From Octopus sinensis (Eukaryota), in NCBI RefSeq assembly GCF_006345805.1, contig NW_021835920.1:1-38527 (forward strand): a stretch of DNA of 38,527 bases, given 5' to 3'. The position numbers and the translations under genes are program-made. Shown piece by piece: positions 34,397 to 38,527 of the stretch (its first letter is position 1; each line of letters opens with the position of its first letter). The notes below the pieces were generated by a model. That model was not told the origin of the DNA, did no database searches, and saw only the letters and a list, made by a program, of their open reading frames with translations.

Positions 34397-34682
34397 GACA
34401 GACAGACAGACAGACAAAGAAAGAGACTAAGAAAGAGAGACAGTGAAACAGAGATAAGAGACACAGACAGACAAAGAGAGAGAGAAAGAGAGAGAGAAAG
34501 AGAGAGAAGAGAGAGAGAGAAATAGAGACAGACAGACAGAGAAAGAGACAGAGATAGAGAGACACAGGCAGACAAAGAGACAGAAAAAGAGAGAGAGAGA
34601 GAAATAGAGACAGACAGACAGAGAAAGAGAGAGAGATAGGTAGATAGACAGACAGACAGAGAAGACAGACAGACAGACAGAC

Positions 34683-34727
<45 letters not shown>

Positions 34728-34830
34728 TAGATAGATAGATAGATAGATAGATAGAAGGAAAGAAAGAAAGAAAGGAAGGAAGGAAGAAAAGAAAGAAGGA
34801 AGGAAAAGGAAAGAAAGGAAAAAAAAAGAT
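34325..34830. repeat. (GA)/(GACA)/(GATA)/(GAAA) purine-rich compound microsatellite
   Basis: Direct reading. Confidence 0.9.
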
Positions 34831-34889
34831 AGATCGATAGACAGCGAAAGAGGTGTCGGGTGCCAGAACTTAAGGGTGCATTGAAAATG

Positions 34890-35580
34890 AAACGTAGTGT
34901 GCATATGTGTGTGTTTACGATACGTATAAGAATACGGGTGAATTACGGGTGAATAAGGTGTGTGTGGCATGCATGCTTGTATGTATGCATATATGTATGT
35001 TTGTATGCGTGTTTCAGTGTATGTGTGTGTGTGTGTGTGTGTGTGCGTGTACTGTGCATGAATGTGTGTGCTTATGTAATATGCATGTGTGTGTGTCTGT
35101 GGACATGCGTGTGTCTATAAGTATCACACGTGTGTTCCTGTCACGTGTGCACGTGATTGCCTTGTTGAATAAGGCTGAGTATGTGCGTGTGCGTGTGTGT
35201 GTGTGTGTGTGAAAGAGAGAGAGTGTGTGTGTGTGTGCGAGTGTATAAAGTGCGCACGTGAACGTGTGTACACGTGTGCTCGTGTCCACGTGATTGCGTG
35301 CTCGTGTCTGTGTAATGCATAGCTTCGTGCGTATGCGTGCTCACGTGTGTAAGAATGTGTGTGCGTCTTTGTGTGTGTGTGTGTGTATGTGTGTTGTGTG
35401 TGTGTGTATCTTGTGAGTGTTCATGTTGCGTATGTAAGGTGTGTATATTGCGTGTGGTGATGTGTGTTCCTGTGAGAGTGTGTCTGCGTGTGTTTGTGTA
35501 TGTGTGCGTTCCAGTGTATGTGTGTGAGTGTGCGTGCGTGTTTTTAAGTGTGTGTGTGTGTGTGTGTGTGTGTGGTGTGG
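34890..35580. repeat. (GT)n-rich degenerate tract
   Basis: Direct reading. Confidence 0.85.
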
Positions 35581-35809
35581 TAGGAGTGGGAGGTAAGTAA
35601 GGGCTGAAGGAGCAGCAGGCATGCAGAGGTCCAATACAATAGTGAAGGCATGAATTAGTCACGTGCACAGGCTGACATTGCATGAGTGAAGCACCCGGTG
35701 TGACAGAGGTCCACCCCGAAGTGAAGCACCGAGTGCAGAGGGAGTAGATGGGGGTGGGGGGAGGTGGGAGTAGAGAGTGGGGGAGAAGCAGAAGAGGGAG
35801 TGAGAAGTG

Positions 35810-35983
35810 AAGAAGAGACAGGAGAGAAGAAGAAGAGAAGAAGGAAGAAGAAGAAGAAGAAGAAGAGAGAAAGAAGAAGAAGAAGGAAGAAGGAAGAAGT
35901 AGAAGAAGAAGAGTAAGAACAAGAAGAAGAAGAAGAAAAGGAAGAAGAAGAAGAAGAAGAAGAAGAAGAAGAAGAAGAAGAAG

Positions 35984-36014
<31 letters not shown>

Positions 36015-36085
36015 GAAGAAGAAGAAGAAAGAAGAAGAAGAAGAAGAAGAAGAAGAAGAAGAAGAAGAAGAAGAAGAAGAAGAAT
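35810..36085. repeat. (GAA)n polypurine tract
   Basis: ~275 bp that are almost entirely A/G. Confidence 0.93.
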
Positions 36086-36134
36086 GGAGGAGTTTGAAAC
36101 AAAAGCGGCAACAATAATAAAACAACAACAATAA

Positions 36135-36620
36135 TAATTCTTTCTACTACAAACACAAATCCTGAAATTTTGATGGATAGGGGCTAATGGTTTACATCGA
36201 CCCCAGTGACCGTCTGGCTCTTATTTTATCTTACCCCAAAAGTTTAAAAGGAAAAGATGACCTGGGCGGGATTTGAACTCAGAATGTAGAGACGGAATGA
36301 ATGCCGTAAAGCATTTATTTGTCTTCCTGATACCGAACACATAATTTTAATGCGAGGGGCTACTCAATTAGATCGACCCCAGTACGCAACTGGTACTTCA
36401 TTTATCGACCCCAATACGCAACTGGTACTTCATTTATCGATCCCGAAAGGATGAAACGCAAAGTTGACCTCGGCAAGCTAGCGGATCGTCAACGTTCTGA
36501 TTTCAGATTCCGCAGAAGTCGACTTAGCCGTCGTCGTTTCGCGGTCGATAAAATACGTACTTACTCCCTCTCCTAAAATTGCAGGCCTTGTGCCAAAATT
36601 TGAAAACGATACTAGAATTA
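36135..36620. mobile_element. Cluster of SINE B' fragments: minus (36135-36310, 36365-36475) fused to plus (36480-36620)
   Basis: Core motifs in both orientations; internal 32-bp tandem duplication at 36372-36403 and 36404-36435. Confidence 0.72.
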
Positions 36621-36689
36621 TCCTTGAGTGGAAACATCCGGAAACACCAGCGAAAAAGAAATTAAAGACCCAACCGTTTTTTTTCTTTT

Positions 36690-37053
36690 TGTTTATTCTT
36701 TTACAAGTTTCACTCATTTGGCTGCGGCCATGCTGGAGCACTGCCTTAAAGAGGTTTTTTTTAAGTCAAAGAAATCGATCCCTGGACTTATTCTTTGTAA
36801 GCTTAGTACTTTTTCTATCGGTCACTTTTGCCGAACCGCTAAGTTACGGGGACATAAACACATCCCCATCAGTTGTCAAGCGATATTGAGGAGACAAACA
36901 CACACACACACACATACGACGAGCTTCTTTCAGTTTCCCTCTACCAAATCCATTCAGAAGGCTTTGGTCGGCCCAAAGCCCCACGCGGTGGGACTGAACC
37001 CGGAACCATGTGGATGGGAAGCAAGCTTCTTACCACACCACGACTCCAGCACC
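36690..37053 (-). mobile_element. SINE family A, near full length
   Basis: Homologous to 11620-12061, with an internal deletion near GGCCC. Confidence 0.85.
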
Positions 37054-37086
<33 letters not shown>

Positions 37087-37139
37087 GTATATACATTATA
37101 TTATGTATATTATATATACATAGATGTATATTATATATA

Positions 37140-37179
<40 letters not shown>

Positions 37180-37204
37180 TATATATACAACACACATATA
37201 TATA

Positions 37205-37345
37205 CGACAGGTTCTTTCAGTTTCCGTCTACCAAATCTATTCACAAGGCTTTGTACGGCCCAAGGCTATAGTAGAAGTCACTTGCCCAAGGTGCCACATT
37301 GTAGGACTGAACCCGGAACGATGTGATTGGGAAGTAAGCTTGTTG
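37205..37345 (-). mobile_element. SINE family A 5' fragment
   Basis: TTCAGTTTCCGTCTACCAAATC...CTTGCCCAAGGTGCCAC...GACTGAACCCGGAAC. Confidence 0.8.
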
Positions 37346-37649
37346 GATGGGAGATGGAAGAAACAAAAGGGCCTATAGTGGAATAATACTTGCGTAGGCC
37401 ACAAACGAAATACTGGCCAACATACTAAACCAGCAATTTGCATCAAAGATCGTGGCCTATTATCAAATCAAGGGTTATTGTTGCACACTCACATCTATTT
37501 ACATCTAAAGCTGCAAACAGATGAAGTATCGTGCAACTGAAAGCAAAACTCCCAAAATCCATGATATCTGTGCGTAAAAAATTTTCTCACAAAATTTATA
37601 ATGTCACTGAAAGAAAATGTTTCTAATAATAAAATGAAAAGCATTCAAA

Positions 37650-37818
37650 TGAAATATCTTAGGAACCCACGAGAAAGATTGTCAGCATTTCACTTATCTT
37701 GGACCTGTCAGGAATTTGGACGATATATTTTCTTGCTCTTTTTGATATCATTCCAAGTGCTCCAATAACAATTGGTAATGTTGCTGCTTTGAGATACCAA
37801 ATTCTTCTGATTTCTGAT

Positions 37819-37820
<2 letters not shown>
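37650..37820 (-). mobile_element. 3' fragment of an RLE-type (R4/Dong/NeSL-like) non-LTR retrotransposon
   Basis: EIRRIWYLKAATLPIVIGALGMISKRARKYIVQIP matches the EI..LW......P+VIGALG motif at the C-terminus of restriction-like-endonuclease retrotransposons. It abuts an (ATG)n(ATA)n tract. Confidence 0.7.
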
Positions 37821-37856
<36 letters not shown>

Positions 37857-37857
37857 T

Positions 37858-37858
37858 A

Positions 37859-37892
<34 letters not shown>

Positions 37893-38030
37893 GAGTGAGA
37901 GAGCAGTGCATGCCATCAAAGTGACGCTGGGGTAAAATATACGAAGCCCAGTATACCCATCATGACTACCCGTCTGATAAGGGTACACAAGGCACATGCA
38001 TCACAACCATATGTGCGCGACATGGTGATC
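37858..38030 (-). mobile_element. Unassigned retroelement 3' end with an (AAT)n tail
   Basis: A ~140-bp unique segment bounded by TAA repeats on both sides; family not identified. Confidence 0.4.
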
Positions 38031-38032
38031 TC

Positions 38033-38092
<60 letters not shown>

Positions 38093-38094
38093 CA

Positions 38095-38325
38095 AGGTGA
38101 GCTACTAGAATTGTTAATACATAGGACGTAAAGCCGGACGTAATAATAAGCAGCATTTAGTCCGTCTTTACTTTCAGAATTCAAATTCTGACGAGATCGA
38201 CTTTGCGTTTCATCGTTTCGACATCGATAAAATATGCACCATTTGAACACAGGGGGTCGATATAATCGACTAGGTCCTACCCCCAACTATCCCAATTTCT
38301 GGCCGCGTGCCAGTAGCTAAAAAGG
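38095..38325 (+). mobile_element. Diverged SINE family B
   Basis: AAGGTGAGCT...GAATTCAAATTCTGACGAGATCGACTTTGCGTTTCATCG...GGGGTCGATATAATCGACT. Confidence 0.72.
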
Positions 38326-38527
38326 ATTATTATTATTCTTACTGTTGTCGTTATTGTTGTTGTTGTAATCCATAGTATGATGTCAGCAACAGTCAGCTGG
38401 GCCGATGCATTCGGAAAAGTAGTAATATAATATCACAAAAACCTATTATGCTTGTATTTGCTTCTAAGGAGGTTTGCAACGCGAATGAATAAACAAACAA
38501 TCGTATTTAATGGATCTCAAGAAATAT

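Noticed and set aside
35655-36156. Poly-F/L/S ORFs
   Set aside because: Translation of the (GAA)n tract.

Overview
This is AT-rich, microsatellite-dense eukaryotic DNA. Its tRNA-derived SINE families look like those I recall from octopus genomes; the taxon is recognised from memory, not from a search. Bases 1-5905 are a 32-bp tandem satellite that flips orientation three times. I manually reconstructed one minus-strand gene with 11 coding exons (ATG 30886 to stop 13072, or 12932 if a 1-nt loss in a GAA tract is repaired). All 10 introns are GT-AG and every junction is phase-compatible. The predicted 698-745 aa secreted protein has an architecture I do not recognise: signal peptide, Reeler-like domain, two ECM1/albumin-type CC-X9/10-C modules, an anaphylatoxin-like 6-Cys module, and an acidic/basic tail with furin-type sites. 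Intron 3 holds a tRNA-like Pol III head followed by three alternating-orientation copies (+,-,+) of a unit carrying a minimal type I hammerhead ribozyme fold; more degenerate hammerhead-like motifs lie at about 8.0, 8.7 and 17.4 kb. Other structure includes a tandemly duplicated ~840-bp unit with a 120-bp near-perfect hairpin, a nested fold-back element in intron 7, an 89-nt miRNA-sized hairpin, CR1-type and RLE-type LINE 3' fragments, and many SINEs. Domain and family names are pattern-recognition calls that need HMM/BLAST confirmation. Repeat boundaries are approximate unless stated otherwise.
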